64,000 nt of DNA from an uncultured Actinomycetota bacterium (GTDB taxonomy: Bacteria; Actinomycetota; Actinomycetes; Actinomycetales; Microbacteriaceae): positions 28,505 through 92,504 of the forward strand of contig CAWHND010000011.1 in the NCBI GenBank assembly GCA_963830655.1, in the 5' to 3' direction. Below are positions 63,245 to 64,000 of this stretch, one piece after another. The position numbers and the translations under genes were made by a program. Every line of letters starts with the position of its first letter. Within the stretch, counting starts at the first letter, position 1. The notes under the pieces were generated by a model that searched no databases, was not told the origin of the DNA, and saw only the letters and a list, made by a program, of their open reading frames with translations.

Positions 63245-64000
63245 GGTTGCTGTCCTTCCGTAATGGATGCCGTGCCAGTGACCGCGCTTGCGTGCGAGTC
63301 CTCGATGCGCATGGTGAGCCGCACGATGTGGCGCTCGCCCTCGGTGAACTCCTCGGCGCGGTCCGTGAGGTGCTCGACGAGGAACAGCCCCCATCCGCGC
63401 GCTGTCTGCAGTCCGGCGAGTTTCAGATCGAGATCCGGGATGTCGGCGTCGCGCTGCATGCCGCGGCCGAAGTCGCCGATCTCGACCGACACGCCTTCGG
63501 CAGTGCGCCTGACGGTGACGGATACGTCGAGACTCGCGTCGCCCCTGTTGCCGTGCTCGATCGCGTTCATCGCGGTCTCGCTCACCGCAGTCTTGAGGGC
63601 GTCGAGGCGGAGCTTGGGCAGCTGATCGCCGACGATGGCGGCCACGCGATCCATGACGTCGCGCTCGTTGCCGACTTCACTCGGCACGCTGAAGGACTGG
63701 GTGTCGTGGCCTCCCGCGCTTCTGCCGCGATGCAGGGTGACGAGCGTGATGTCGTCCTCCTGCTCGACGCCGGCCGAGAACGAGCCGAGGGCGAGCACGC
63801 TGCGGTCGACCAGGTCGTCGCCCGAGGTCGCCTCGCCGACCAGGTCGGCGGTGCGGCCGAAGCCGAACATCTCGCCTTTCGCACTGTGCTGCTCGGTGAT
63901 CCCGTCGCTGTAGAGGAGGACGATGTCGCCGGCTTCGATCACCGTCTCATGCTCGTCGTAGACACTGCCCGGCATCAGGCCGAGCGGCATGCCTCGGGCG
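63241..64000 (-). CDS. SpoIIE/PP2C phosphatase fused to an RsbW-type HATPase (partial)
   Basis: LYSDGITE, DDITLV, then SETAMNAIEHG, DFGRG, RGWGLFL. Confidence 0.9.
   Translation of the reverse strand, partial: ARGMPLGLMPGSVYDEHETVIEAGDIVLLYSDGITEQHSAKGEMFGFGRTADLVGEATSGDDLVDRSVLALGSFSAGVEQEDDITLVTLHRGRSAGGHDTQSFSVPSEVGNERDVMDRVAAIVGDQLPKLRLDALKTAVSETAMNAIEHGNRGDASLDVSVTVRRTAEGVSVEIGDFGRGMQRDADIPDLDLKLAGLQTARGWGLFLVEHLTDRAEEFTEGERHIVRLTMRIEDSHASAVTGTASITEGQQP

Overview
High-GC actinobacterial chromosome, probably Microbacteriaceae-like (inferred from gene order and protein style). Many single-base indels split genes, most likely long-read or low-coverage errors, so many CDS ends are approximate. 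Core backbone: gnd, prs-glmU (present twice in diverged tandem copies), tRNA-Gln, MarR, ABC-F, ispE-rsmA-tatD-metG-rsmI, pmt, hrpA, nrdAB, tRNA-Ala, glpR-rimJ-galU-5-FTHF cyclo-ligase-fmdB-mscL. Accessory parts include a glycosyltransferase/Mo-oxidoreductase island, surface proteins and a partner-switching (SpoIIE/RsbW/STAS) cluster. Top candidate for an undescribed system: two homologous AbiEi-like + DUF559/Vsr-like nuclease genes (23420-24370 and 57764-58660), each bracketed by its own family of long hairpin repeats, with the stop codon inside the downstream hairpin. Gene-less copies of the first family sit elsewhere in the window, which suggests a REP/RAYT-like selfish repeat system using a different nuclease. 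Second highlight: a class Ic-type (Mn/Fe) ribonucleotide reductase whose large subunit lacks the C-terminal shuttle cysteines and whose small subunit has a candidate riboswitch-like leader. All family assignments come from motif recognition; no database search was run.
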